A stretch of DNA of 64,000 nucleotides, taken from contig PTKS01000001.1 of the NCBI GenBank assembly GCA_002937855.1, positions 97,948 to 161,947 of the forward strand. The letters are read 5' to 3'. Positions 40,950 through 50,135 of the stretch are shown one piece after another. This DNA comes from Alphaproteobacteria bacterium MarineAlpha5_Bin12. GTDB taxonomy: Bacteria > Pseudomonadota > Alphaproteobacteria > HIMB59 > GCA-002718135. Numbering within the stretch: the stretch's first letter is position 1; each line of letters opens with the position of its first letter. The notes below the pieces were generated by a model, which made no database searches, had not been told where the DNA came from, and saw nothing but the letters and a program-made list of their open reading frames with translations. A program made the position numbers and the translations under genes.

Positions 40950-42233
40950 TTATACCTTATCAAGGGGGTAAGAACTCAATAGTTCTAATCCATTATCTGT
41001 AATTAAGTACTCATCTTCTAATTTTACACCCTCTTTACCTCCAACTTCTCCTATATAACTCTCTACAGATATAATCATATTCTTTTGAAATATTCCGCTA
41101 AAATCTCCATTACTAAAATCTTCATTCGGATAAGAAATACAAGGATATTCATCACACATTCCCACTCCATGTACTTGACAGGGATAATGGTTATCAAAAC
41201 AATTTTCTGGAAGTTTCCAAGCTTTTTCTGCAAACTCTAAAAAAGTTGTACCATTTTTGATTATTTTTTCATTATGTTTTATATTTTCTAACGCTAGATC
41301 ATGTAATCTCTTTTGTTTGTCATTTAATTTATGGCCCTCTACAAAAGTCCTTGAAATATCTGCACAATAACCGTAAGGCCCAACCATATCAGTATCAAAA
41401 GCTACAATATCCCCCTTTTGAATTATTCTATTGCTACATTCTTGAAACCATGGATTTGTTCTTTGACCTGAGGCTAGCAATCTAGTTTCAATCCACTCTC
41501 CTCCATTTTCAATATTAGTTTTATGAAGAAATGACCACAATTCTTCCTCAGTTATTCCTGCTTTTAATTCTTCATAAATTTTTGAAATTCCCTTCTCTGC
41601 TGTTTTAAGAGAAGCCCTCATGCACATAATTTCGTCTTCTGATTTTATGCATCTAGCAGTTTCCATAAATTTTTGGGCATGAATTATTTTATAAGAAAAA
41701 TTAGAAGTTAATGATTCCATAGCTACAGGATCAATAGTGTCAATTGCTAAAACTTTATTTTCAGACACATACATTTTCATCAAATCATCAACTATGTTTG
41801 CCCATCTTTTTGCGTTTCTATTTAAATTTTCACCTGCAGAAAAATAATCCCAAGTTTCTGCAAATCTAACTTCATCAACTGTGCAAAAATCTTTTGATAA
41901 ATTTGCACATTTTGGATACTCAAATAGAATTACAGGACCGCTAGCTGGTACAAAAAGATATCTTGTCATTATGTGCATAGCAAATAAACTCATATTTCTA
42001 GTATCTGTAGCATATCGTATATTAATTGGATCAAATAAAATACATGCCCCCACATCATGTTTAACAAGCTGATCTCTTACCCTATTTAATCTATACATTC
42101 GCATCCGATCAAAATCGATTTTATCTTCATATAACCTAGGTTTGAAAGATTCTTGATTAGCAATTGGTTCATTTTTTTCACCAATTTTTGGACCTATCCG
42201 TCTCTGATAATTTTTATTTCCTATTAAATTCAT
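40950..42233 (-). CDS. M24B (creatinase/prolidase-fold) metalloenzyme, DddP-like (candidate DMSP lyase)
   Basis: 427-aa ORF. FDPINIRYATD, GGEWIETRLLASGQRTNPWFQEC. Full five-ligand metal set FDTD...ADISR...VHGVG...SVE...LED. See the finding for the DddP-specific residue pattern. Confidence 0.6.
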   Translation of the reverse strand: MNLIGNKNYQRRIGPKIGEKNEPIANQESFKPRLYEDKIDFDRMRMYRLNRVRDQLVKHDVGACILFDPINIRYATDTRNMSLFAMHIMTRYLFVPASGPVILFEYPKCANLSKDFCTVDEVRFAETWDYFSAGENLNRNAKRWANIVDDLMKMYVSENKVLAIDTIDPVAMESLTSNFSYKIIHAQKFMETARCIKSEDEIMCMRASLKTAEKGISKIYEELKAGITEEELWSFLHKTNIENGGEWIETRLLASGQRTNPWFQECSNRIIQKGDIVAFDTDMVGPYGYCADISRTFVEGHKLNDKQKRLHDLALENIKHNEKIIKNGTTFLEFAEKAWKLPENCFDNHYPCQVHGVGMCDEYPCISYPNEDFSNGDFSGIFQKNMIISVESYIGEVGGKEGVKLEDEYLITDNGLELLSSYPLDKV

Positions 42234-42295
42234 AATTTTAATAATTAAATTTCTTGATATAATTATATTTTAATGATTATCTTCTTTTGAAAAAT

Positions 42296-43471
42296 ATGAA
42301 AAGTATTTATGATATAATTCCTAAAAAAAAATTAGAAGTGGTTTCAAATTCAATTGAAAAAGCTCATGGTCTTCCTAATGAATGCTATCTAAATGAAGAA
42401 TACAGCCTTATCGAAAGAAAAAAGCTTTTTGAAGAAAAATGGGTTGTTGTTGGCGTTGCTAGCAATCTTCCTAATATAGGTGATGCAAAGCCATTTGATT
42501 TGTTAGGAATTCCATTAATAATTCTTCGTGATAAAAAATCTAAAATCAGAGTTTTTCACAATGTGTGTAGCCATAGAGGATACAAACTACTTCAAAAAAA
42601 ATGTAATATTAAAAATGTTATTAGATGTCCATATCATTCATGGGCTTATGACTTAAAAGGGAATCTGACTGCTACACCTCATTTAGGAGGTATGAATAAA
42701 CATAGTAATAAAAATTTTGATCCATCAAAAAGTAATTTAAAAGAAGTCAGAACATTTGTTTGGCTTGATATGATTTTAATTAATATATCCGGCGAGGCAG
42801 AAAATTTTGAAACTTATATTAAACCTCTGAGTGATAGATGGAAAAAATTTTGGCCAGAAGAAGATCAAAAATTGATAAGATATTCTCCAGACTTTAGTTA
42901 TTTTCTTTTAAAAGCAAATTGTAATTGGAAATTTGCAATAGAAAATTATTGTGAAAGCTATCACCTACCTTGGGTTCATCCAGGGTTGAATGCATATTCA
43001 AAAATCGATGATCATTATCATATTCAGGGCTTACCAAATAGATTTGCTGGACAAGGAACTGTTGTATATGATCCAAAGTTTAAAGGGAATAATAAGTTTC
43101 CATGCTTTCCAAATTGGCCTAAAAAAAATGAGAAAATTGCTGAGTATGTTGCACTCTTTCCAAATGTTATGCTTGGTATACATAAAGATCACTATTATGC
43201 ATATTGGCTAGAGCCTATAAACTTATCATATACATTGGAACATATGGAAATATATTATGTTGGTGAAGAAGCGGCTAATTCAAAAAAATATAAATCTCTT
43301 AGAAAACAAAATTATAATCTTTGGCATAGTATACAATCAGAAGATCTTAATATAATTGAGGGTATGCAATCAGGAAGGAAATCACCAATTTACAATGGGG
43401 GAAATTTTTCTCCAGTTATGGATAATCCCACACATCATTTTCACAAATGGGTTGTGGAGAATATAATATAA
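42296..43471 (+). CDS. Rieske [2Fe-2S] non-haem-iron oxygenase, alpha (oxygenase) subunit
   Basis: CSHRGYKL...CPYHSWAY Rieske motif. Mononuclear iron motif ENYCESYHLPWVH. Start is either tracked TTG 42287 or ATG 42296. Confidence 0.8.
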   Translation: MKSIYDIIPKKKLEVVSNSIEKAHGLPNECYLNEEYSLIERKKLFEEKWVVVGVASNLPNIGDAKPFDLLGIPLIILRDKKSKIRVFHNVCSHRGYKLLQKKCNIKNVIRCPYHSWAYDLKGNLTATPHLGGMNKHSNKNFDPSKSNLKEVRTFVWLDMILINISGEAENFETYIKPLSDRWKKFWPEEDQKLIRYSPDFSYFLLKANCNWKFAIENYCESYHLPWVHPGLNAYSKIDDHYHIQGLPNRFAGQGTVVYDPKFKGNNKFPCFPNWPKKNEKIAEYVALFPNVMLGIHKDHYYAYWLEPINLSYTLEHMEIYYVGEEAANSKKYKSLRKQNYNLWHSIQSEDLNIIEGMQSGRKSPIYNGGNFSPVMDNPTHHFHKWVVENII

Positions 43472-43536
43472 TTCTCTAAATTTAAATATTTTAATATATT
43501 TTTTATTATGTATAAAATAACTTATTAATATTTATT

Positions 43537-44049
43537 ATGCCCAAAATAATTTCATTATATGTAAATTTTGTAGACTGGTTATGCATAAAAGTTGGAAGAA
43601 TAACTATGTACACAGTTTTTTTGATGATGTTTATTTTAGTTCTATCATTTGTAACAAGAAATATAATAAACATTCCACTAATTTGGATTATAGAAATGGC
43701 ACAATTTATTATTACAGGTTATTACTTGCTTGGTGGTGGCTACTCTATGATTACTAATGACCATGTTCGTATGGATTTATTTTACAGTAAATTGTCTGAT
43801 CGTAACAAAGCAAAGATGGATTTGTTTACTAGTATTTTTTTAGTTTTTTATTTAGTTTGTTTATTAATAGGTTCTATAACAAGTTTAATATATACAATTG
43901 ATACAAATCAAAGATTATTTACTGCTTGGGCTCCATATGTATGGCCAATAAAAACAATAATGTTTTTTGGCATTTTGTTGATGTTACTTCAATCAATTTC
44001 AATGATTTTTAAAGATTTTTCGAAGGTAACAGGGAGAAAAATTAAATGA
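43537..44049 (+). CDS. TRAP transporter small permease (DctQ-like)
   Basis: 170-aa ORF, 4 TM. 4-nt overlap with the large permease. Confidence 0.8.
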   Translation: MPKIISLYVNFVDWLCIKVGRITMYTVFLMMFILVLSFVTRNIINIPLIWIIEMAQFIITGYYLLGGGYSMITNDHVRMDLFYSKLSDRNKAKMDLFTSIFLVFYLVCLLIGSITSLIYTIDTNQRLFTAWAPYVWPIKTIMFFGILLMLLQSISMIFKDFSKVTGRKIK

Positions 44050-45374
44050 TAGCTGACTATTTTAGCTATGAATTTATTGCAATTTTTATGTTTGTAACAA
44101 TGTTACTTATGCTTCTCACTGGGCAAAGAGTTTTTGGAGCAATTGGATTTGTATCTGCTGCAGCTGCATTATTATTGTGGGGAGATGGGGCAATAGAAAT
44201 GCCTTACACAGCTACTTGGAAACTTTTCAAATGGTATCCTATGCTGACTTTACCTTTATTCATCTACATGGGATATATGATCTCAGAATCTGGAATTGCA
44301 AATGATCTTTATAAAATGTTTCATGTTTATTTTGGTGGAATAAAGGGTGGATTAGCAATAGGAACAATGGGTATGATGGTAGCTATATCGGCTATGAATG
44401 GTCTAAGCGTAGCAGGAATGGCAATTGGAGCTACGATAGCATTACCTGAAATGTTAAGAAGGAATTATGATAAAAGAATGATTACTGGAGTTGTTCAAGC
44501 TGGGAGCTCCTTAGGTATTTTAGTTCCTCCAAGTGTAGTTCTAGTTTTATATGGCATGATAGCAAGACAGCCCGTTAGCAAACTTTGGCTTGCAGGAGTT
44601 TTTCCAGGATTAATGATGGCAAGTCTTTTTATTCTATATATTTATTTACGTTGCAAATTTCAACCTGAGCTTGGACCAGTATTACCTAAAAAAGAAAGAG
44701 ATATTCCTTATATAGAAAAATTAAAATTATTAAGAGCTGGCATTGTTCCATTTGCTATATTTTTTGCAATGACCGGTTTATTTTTAATGGGTATTGCAAG
44801 TTTAGTTGAATGTTCGGCAGTAGGCGCACTTTGTGCAACAATTGCAGCAGGATTTAAGAAAAAATTAAATAAAGAGGTAATTGAAAAAACTCTTAGAAAA
44901 ACATTAGGGGTATCTTGTATGTTTATGTGGATCATTTTAGCTGCTCTTTGTTTTGGTGCAGTTTTTGATGGTATAGGTGCTGTAAAAGCTATTGAAACTC
45001 TCTTTATTGAGAGATGGGATTTAAGTCCTTGGGGTGTATTAATAATGATGCAATTATCATACATACTTATGGGCATGTTTCTTGACGATACAGCAATGTT
45101 GGTAATTGTAGCTCCTCTTTACGTTCCTTTAATTATAGCTCTTGGTTTTGACCCGATTTGGTACGGAGTACTTTACACTATAACTTGCCAAATAGCCTAT
45201 ATGACACCACCTTTTGGATATAATTTATTTTTGATGAGGGCTATGGCTCCAAGTGAAATAACTTTAATTGATATCTATAGATCAATTATTCCTTTTGTTT
45301 TAGTCATGTGTTTAGGGCTAAGCTTAGTTATGATATTTCCTGAAATAGCTACTTGGTTACCATCACTACTATAA
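44046..45374 (+). CDS. TRAP transporter large permease (DctM-like)
   Basis: 442-aa polytopic ORF typical of DctM. Confidence 0.85.
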   Translation: MIADYFSYEFIAIFMFVTMLLMLLTGQRVFGAIGFVSAAAALLLWGDGAIEMPYTATWKLFKWYPMLTLPLFIYMGYMISESGIANDLYKMFHVYFGGIKGGLAIGTMGMMVAISAMNGLSVAGMAIGATIALPEMLRRNYDKRMITGVVQAGSSLGILVPPSVVLVLYGMIARQPVSKLWLAGVFPGLMMASLFILYIYLRCKFQPELGPVLPKKERDIPYIEKLKLLRAGIVPFAIFFAMTGLFLMGIASLVECSAVGALCATIAAGFKKKLNKEVIEKTLRKTLGVSCMFMWIILAALCFGAVFDGIGAVKAIETLFIERWDLSPWGVLIMMQLSYILMGMFLDDTAMLVIVAPLYVPLIIALGFDPIWYGVLYTITCQIAYMTPPFGYNLFLMRAMAPSEITLIDIYRSIIPFVLVMCLGLSLVMIFPEIATWLPSLL

Positions 45375-45480
45375 AATATTAATAGTTTTTACTATAATTT
45401 ATGAATATTTATCTAATTTATTAAATAGACTTTTATTCAAATTAGAGCTAGAATTTTTTAATTGTTTTTTTGGAGGAAAA

Positions 45481-46551
45481 ATGAAAAATAATTCAAAATT
45501 AACTAAACGCCGTGATTTTTTAAAAAAAGCTGGCTTGGTTACTGCAGGAGCAGTTGGAGCAACAACTTTAAGCGCTCCATATGGTTATGCAGCTACTAAT
45601 CCAATTAAATGGAGGCTTCAAACATATTCTGGTGCGCCACTTGGTGCACATGTGGTTAAACCTCAAATAGAATCATTTAATCAAGCTGCTCATGGTGAAA
45701 TGGAAATTGAACTATATTATGCTGACCAATTAGTTCCTACAGATGAATTGTTTAGGGCAATGCAAGCAGGTACTATTGATGCTGTTCAAAGTGATGATGC
45801 AACAATGGGATCACCAGTAGATATACAAATATTTGGTGGTTATTTTCCTTTTGCTACTCGTTTTAGTTTAGATGTTCCTGCAATGTTTAAGTATTACGGT
45901 TTAAATGACATTTGGGCTGAAGCTTATGGTGAAGTTAAAAATGTAACTTGGCTAAGTACAAGTGCTTGGGATCCATGTGTATTATTTACTGTTAAAAAAC
46001 CTATAAGAAAACTTTCAGATATGAAAGGTCTAAGAGTGTTTGGTGTACCTACTGCAGGTAGATTTATGGCCAGATATGGTTTAATACCAGTAATAGTTCC
46101 TTGGGACGATGTTGAAGTTGCAATGCAAACAGGAGAACTTGACGGAGTTTGTTGGTGTGGATTTACTGAAGCTTATGAAGTTGGATGGGCAGATATTTGT
46201 AACTACGCACTATCAAATGCTATTACAGGTGCATGGTTTGGTTCATACTTTGTTAACACAAAAAGCTGGGAAGGAATATCACCTAAACTTCAAGAACTAT
46301 ACAGAATGTCTATAGACGGATCACATTATTATAGACAAGTATGGTACTGGGGTGGAGAAGCAGACCTAAGAGTTAACGGTAAAAAAATGGAAATCACTGG
46401 ACTACCTGCAAATGAATGGGCTGGAGTTGTTCAAGATGCCAAAGAATTTTGGGATGAAACATCAAAAATAAGTCCTAGATGCGCTAAAGTTGTAGATGCA
46501 TTTAATAAATATTCGGACACTATGGAAAAAGCTGGTTATCCTTATAGATAA
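45481..46551 (+). CDS. TRAP transporter periplasmic solute-binding protein with a twin-arginine signal peptide
   Basis: 356-aa ORF. KRRDFLKKAGLVTAGAVGA Tat signal. GGAGG Shine-Dalgarno 4 nt upstream. Noticeably GC-richer than neighbouring genes. Confidence 0.8.
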   Translation: MKNNSKLTKRRDFLKKAGLVTAGAVGATTLSAPYGYAATNPIKWRLQTYSGAPLGAHVVKPQIESFNQAAHGEMEIELYYADQLVPTDELFRAMQAGTIDAVQSDDATMGSPVDIQIFGGYFPFATRFSLDVPAMFKYYGLNDIWAEAYGEVKNVTWLSTSAWDPCVLFTVKKPIRKLSDMKGLRVFGVPTAGRFMARYGLIPVIVPWDDVEVAMQTGELDGVCWCGFTEAYEVGWADICNYALSNAITGAWFGSYFVNTKSWEGISPKLQELYRMSIDGSHYYRQVWYWGGEADLRVNGKKMEITGLPANEWAGVVQDAKEFWDETSKISPRCAKVVDAFNKYSDTMEKAGYPYR

Positions 46552-46561
46552 ATCAAAAAAA

Positions 46562-46585
46562 ACACTCCGAATAAAATCGGAGTGT
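46562..46585. terminator. Bidirectional rho-independent terminator between convergent genes
   Basis: Perfect 9-bp stem ACACTCCGA / TCGGAGTGT with a 6-nt loop, flanked by an A-run upstream and a T-run downstream. Confidence 0.8.
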
Positions 46586-46596
46586 TTTTAAAATAT

Positions 46597-47352
46597 TTAG
46601 GGTTTCGCAGTCACACCACCATCTACTACAATTTCCGTACCAGTAATGTATTGACTTTCATCGCTTAACAAAAACATTACACAACTACTAATATCTTTAG
46701 GCTTTCCTACCCTTCTCAAAGGTATATTTTCTTCTAAATTTTTTTTCAGTTTTGGGTTTTTTTTCCATCTATCTTGCATTGGTGTATTAATTGCTCCTGG
46801 TAAGATAACATTAGACCTGCAATTAGAACCAGCGAATTGTATAGCTATAGATTTAGAAATTCTAATCATTGCTGCTTTTGAGGATCCGTAAGCGTCTTGA
46901 GGTTTATTATCGCCTGATAAAGCATCAATGGATGATATGTGAACCATTGAGCCAAATTTATTTTTTTTCATCTTAGGTATAATTAATTTACATAGGGATA
47001 CCATTGTTTTAAGATTAATATCATACACTTTATCCCAAATTTCAAAATCAATATCTATTAAAGAAACATCTTTTTCAAACCACAAAACTCCAGTTGTGTT
47101 CACTAAATAATCTATTGAATTATTCTCTTTATAGAATTTATTTATTATTTTTTTTAATTCTTTAAAATTTGTTAAATCTATTTTTTTGAAAATCATATAT
47201 TTGTTTTTTTTTAGAAATTTTTTTGGAGGTTCTTTAATATCTAGCATCAAAGTTTTGATTTTATTATTTGATAGTCTTTCTGATATATCAAGCCCCATCC
47301 CTCCTGATGACCCAGTAACAATTGCACTTTTTCCTAAGTAATTAAGTTTCAT
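46597..47352 (-). CDS. Short-chain dehydrogenase/reductase
   Basis: 251-aa ORF. VTGSSGGMGL and YGSSK (YxxxK). Confidence 0.8.
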   Translation of the reverse strand: MKLNYLGKSAIVTGSSGGMGLDISERLSNNKIKTLMLDIKEPPKKFLKKNKYMIFKKIDLTNFKELKKIINKFYKENNSIDYLVNTTGVLWFEKDVSLIDIDFEIWDKVYDINLKTMVSLCKLIIPKMKKNKFGSMVHISSIDALSGDNKPQDAYGSSKAAMIRISKSIAIQFAGSNCRSNVILPGAINTPMQDRWKKNPKLKKNLEENIPLRRVGKPKDISSCVMFLLSDESQYITGTEIVVDGGVTAKP

Positions 47353-47458
47353 AATTTTAATATTCTATTTGATTTTTTTTAACATTGCTAAATTTTTATG
47401 ATAGTATAATATTATATTCTCCAAGATACTAATAAAAATATATAGAGGAAAATAAAAC

Positions 47459-48892
47459 ATGAAGAAATTTCAAAGCTATATTAATGGTACCTGGATTGAT
47501 AGTTCCACTGGAGAAATAATAGTTGTCGATAATCCAGCAACTGAAGAAATAGTAGGTGAAGTTGCTTGTGCTAGTAATGAAGATGTTGACTTAGCAGTAG
47601 AAGCTGCAAAAAAGTCATTTCTAAAAAGAGATTTAGTAGATATGCATCCAATGGAGAGATCAAAATTAATGCGATCTATTGCGATAGAGCTTAGAAATAT
47701 CTCTAAAGAAGCAGGAAAGTTGCTTTGTTATGAAAATGGAAAACTTTTATCAGGTGCAGAATATGAATTTCAAGATGCTGCAAATTATTTTGATTATTAT
47801 GGTGGACTAACAGATAAGCTAGAAGGATCAACAATCCCTGTTTCAAAAGGAGTTGTGGATTATACAATCTTGGAACCCTATGGTGTATCAGCTCATATAA
47901 TTCCTTGGAACTACCCTATCTCAATGATCGGAAGATCATTAGCGTGTTCAATTGCCACTGGTAATTCAACTGTAATTAAAACTCCTGAACTCGCTCCTTT
48001 AGCAGCTACTTCTTATTTTGCAGAAGCACTTGAAAAAGCTGGGATCCCTAAAGGAACAGTAAACATAATTTGCGGATATGGAGAAAAAACAGGTTCTTAT
48101 CTTGTGTCACACCCTGATGTAAATCATATAGCTTTCACTGGATCAGTTGAAACAGGAAAGAAAATATTGCATGCAGCTGCAGATAAAGCGATACCTGCAG
48201 TAGTAGAATTAGGGGGGAAATCAGCTGGAATTGTTTATCCTGATGCAGATTTAGATAAAGTGGTTAATAGTGCAAAAACTGCAATTTTTGGTGTAGCAGG
48301 ACAAATTTGCTCTGCTATGTCTAGGTTAGTTGTTCATAAATCTGTTAAGGATGAATTAGTTGATAAGCTGGTTAATTTGACAAAATCTCTAAAAGTAGGT
48401 GCTGGATATGAAAAAGGTGTTGATTGCACCCCTGTAATTTCAAAAAATCAATTAGAAAAAGTTGAGGGTTATGCAAGATCAGGAATTCAGGCAGGGGCAG
48501 AGGCAGTTGCGGGTGGTAAAAAGATTGAAGGAAAAGGATATTTTTTTGAATCAACTGTATTAGATGGCGTAAAACAAGATATGACTGTTGCTAGAGAAGA
48601 AATTTTTGGACCAGTTTTATCAATAATAGAATATGAAGATTCAGATGAAGCAATACAAATTGCAAACGACACAGATTATGGGCTTGCTGCAGGTGTATTT
48701 ACAAAAAATATAGACCAAGCAACAGAAGCATCAAATAAATTAGAGGCAGGTCAAATTTATGTTAATAGCTGGTTTACAGGAAGTATTGCAACTCCCTTCG
48801 GTGGATATAAACAATCTGGTTACAGTCGTGAAAAAGGACAACAAGCATTAAAAAGCTACCTTCAAGTTAAGAATGTAGGTATTCAACTTTAA
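47459..48892 (+). CDS. NAD(P)-dependent aldehyde dehydrogenase
   Basis: 477-aa ORF. ELGGKSA and catalytic-Cys region GQICSAMSR. Confidence 0.88.
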   Translation: MKKFQSYINGTWIDSSTGEIIVVDNPATEEIVGEVACASNEDVDLAVEAAKKSFLKRDLVDMHPMERSKLMRSIAIELRNISKEAGKLLCYENGKLLSGAEYEFQDAANYFDYYGGLTDKLEGSTIPVSKGVVDYTILEPYGVSAHIIPWNYPISMIGRSLACSIATGNSTVIKTPELAPLAATSYFAEALEKAGIPKGTVNIICGYGEKTGSYLVSHPDVNHIAFTGSVETGKKILHAAADKAIPAVVELGGKSAGIVYPDADLDKVVNSAKTAIFGVAGQICSAMSRLVVHKSVKDELVDKLVNLTKSLKVGAGYEKGVDCTPVISKNQLEKVEGYARSGIQAGAEAVAGGKKIEGKGYFFESTVLDGVKQDMTVAREEIFGPVLSIIEYEDSDEAIQIANDTDYGLAAGVFTKNIDQATEASNKLEAGQIYVNSWFTGSIATPFGGYKQSGYSREKGQQALKSYLQVKNVGIQL

Positions 48893-48896
48893 CTTT

Positions 48897-50129
48897 TTAA
48901 TTAAATCTACTTGCTCTGAAAGAAGAAATATCAAAATTTGGTTTTTTTTCATCTATTAAATATTGAATTATTTTACCTGTAACAGCTGCTGTAGTCCATC
49001 CTATATGTTGGTGGCCAAATGCATAAAAAATTCTTTCATCACTCTTTGATCTATCAATTACAGGAAGAGAATCTGGTAATGTAGGCCTATATCCAACCCA
49101 TGTAGACTTAATTTCATTTAAATTAGGAAGTAATTTTCTTGTTTGTTTTTCAATCATATTTACTCTTTTATTATTGAATTTTGAATTTAATCCTGCAATT
49201 TCCACAGTACCAGCAGATCTTATTCCTTCTTCAATTTGTATAATATAAAATCCAGACTGAGACCATCCAATAGGTCTACTAATTAATTTTTCTGTATTAG
49301 AAAAAAGAACATGATAACCTTTTTCAGTATCGAGTGGAAATTTATCACCTATTTTAAGCGCTAATTCCTTGGTCCATGCTCCAGTAGACAGTATAATTTT
49401 ATCAAAATTAGTTTTTTTATCTTCTAAAGACAACTCTATTGAATTTTCTTTTTTACCAATTGAAATAACTTTATTCTTTATAAAAGAACCACCTTTTTCA
49501 ATAAATTTATCAAATATCTTTGAACTTATTTTCATAGGATTAGTAGTGTACCTTGTGCCTTCAAATAAATGTCCTCTATAATACACATCTGCTATATTAG
49601 GCTCAATTTCTTTTATTTCCTCCTTACTTAAATCCTTAACTTTAACATTATTTTTAATTCTTAAGTCGTTTGTGGATTTTGAATATTCATATTCTTTCTT
49701 TGATGAATATAAATAAAGAGCTTCATTGTTATTTATATAATTTTCTACATCTATTTCGTTAAAAATTTCATCATAATAATATCTTGAATGAGATAATAAT
49801 TTTGATAATGATTGTGCAATATGTTCTACTTTTTCTTTTTTACAATTTTTCAAAAACTGATAAGACCAAGGTAAATTTTTAAGTAGATAAATAAAATCAA
49901 TTGCCAAAGGTCCATCATTTTTTAACAACATACTTGGAACTTCTTTTAAAATTGAAGGTGAATTTATTGGTACACAAGCATAATCAGCAAACGTACAAGC
50001 ATGTCCATAACTCGTCCCTGAACCAGGCATATTTTGATCTATTAGAGTTACCTTAAATCCATTTTTTTGTAAAAAAAAAGAAGTGCAAAGGCCCACAATC
50101 CCTGCCCCAATTACAGCAACATTTTTCAT
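48897..50129 (-). CDS. FAD-dependent oxidoreductase (DAO/D-amino-acid dehydrogenase-like)
   Basis: 410-aa ORF. N-terminal VAVIGAGIVGLCTS dinucleotide fold. Follows the ABC permease genes after a 6-nt gap. Confidence 0.8.
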   Translation of the reverse strand: MKNVAVIGAGIVGLCTSFFLQKNGFKVTLIDQNMPGSGTSYGHACTFADYACVPINSPSILKEVPSMLLKNDGPLAIDFIYLLKNLPWSYQFLKNCKKEKVEHIAQSLSKLLSHSRYYYDEIFNEIDVENYINNNEALYLYSSKKEYEYSKSTNDLRIKNNVKVKDLSKEEIKEIEPNIADVYYRGHLFEGTRYTTNPMKISSKIFDKFIEKGGSFIKNKVISIGKKENSIELSLEDKKTNFDKIILSTGAWTKELALKIGDKFPLDTEKGYHVLFSNTEKLISRPIGWSQSGFYIIQIEEGIRSAGTVEIAGLNSKFNNKRVNMIEKQTRKLLPNLNEIKSTWVGYRPTLPDSLPVIDRSKSDERIFYAFGHQHIGWTTAAVTGKIIQYLIDEKKPNFDISSFRASRFN

Positions 50130-50135
50130 TAAAAT

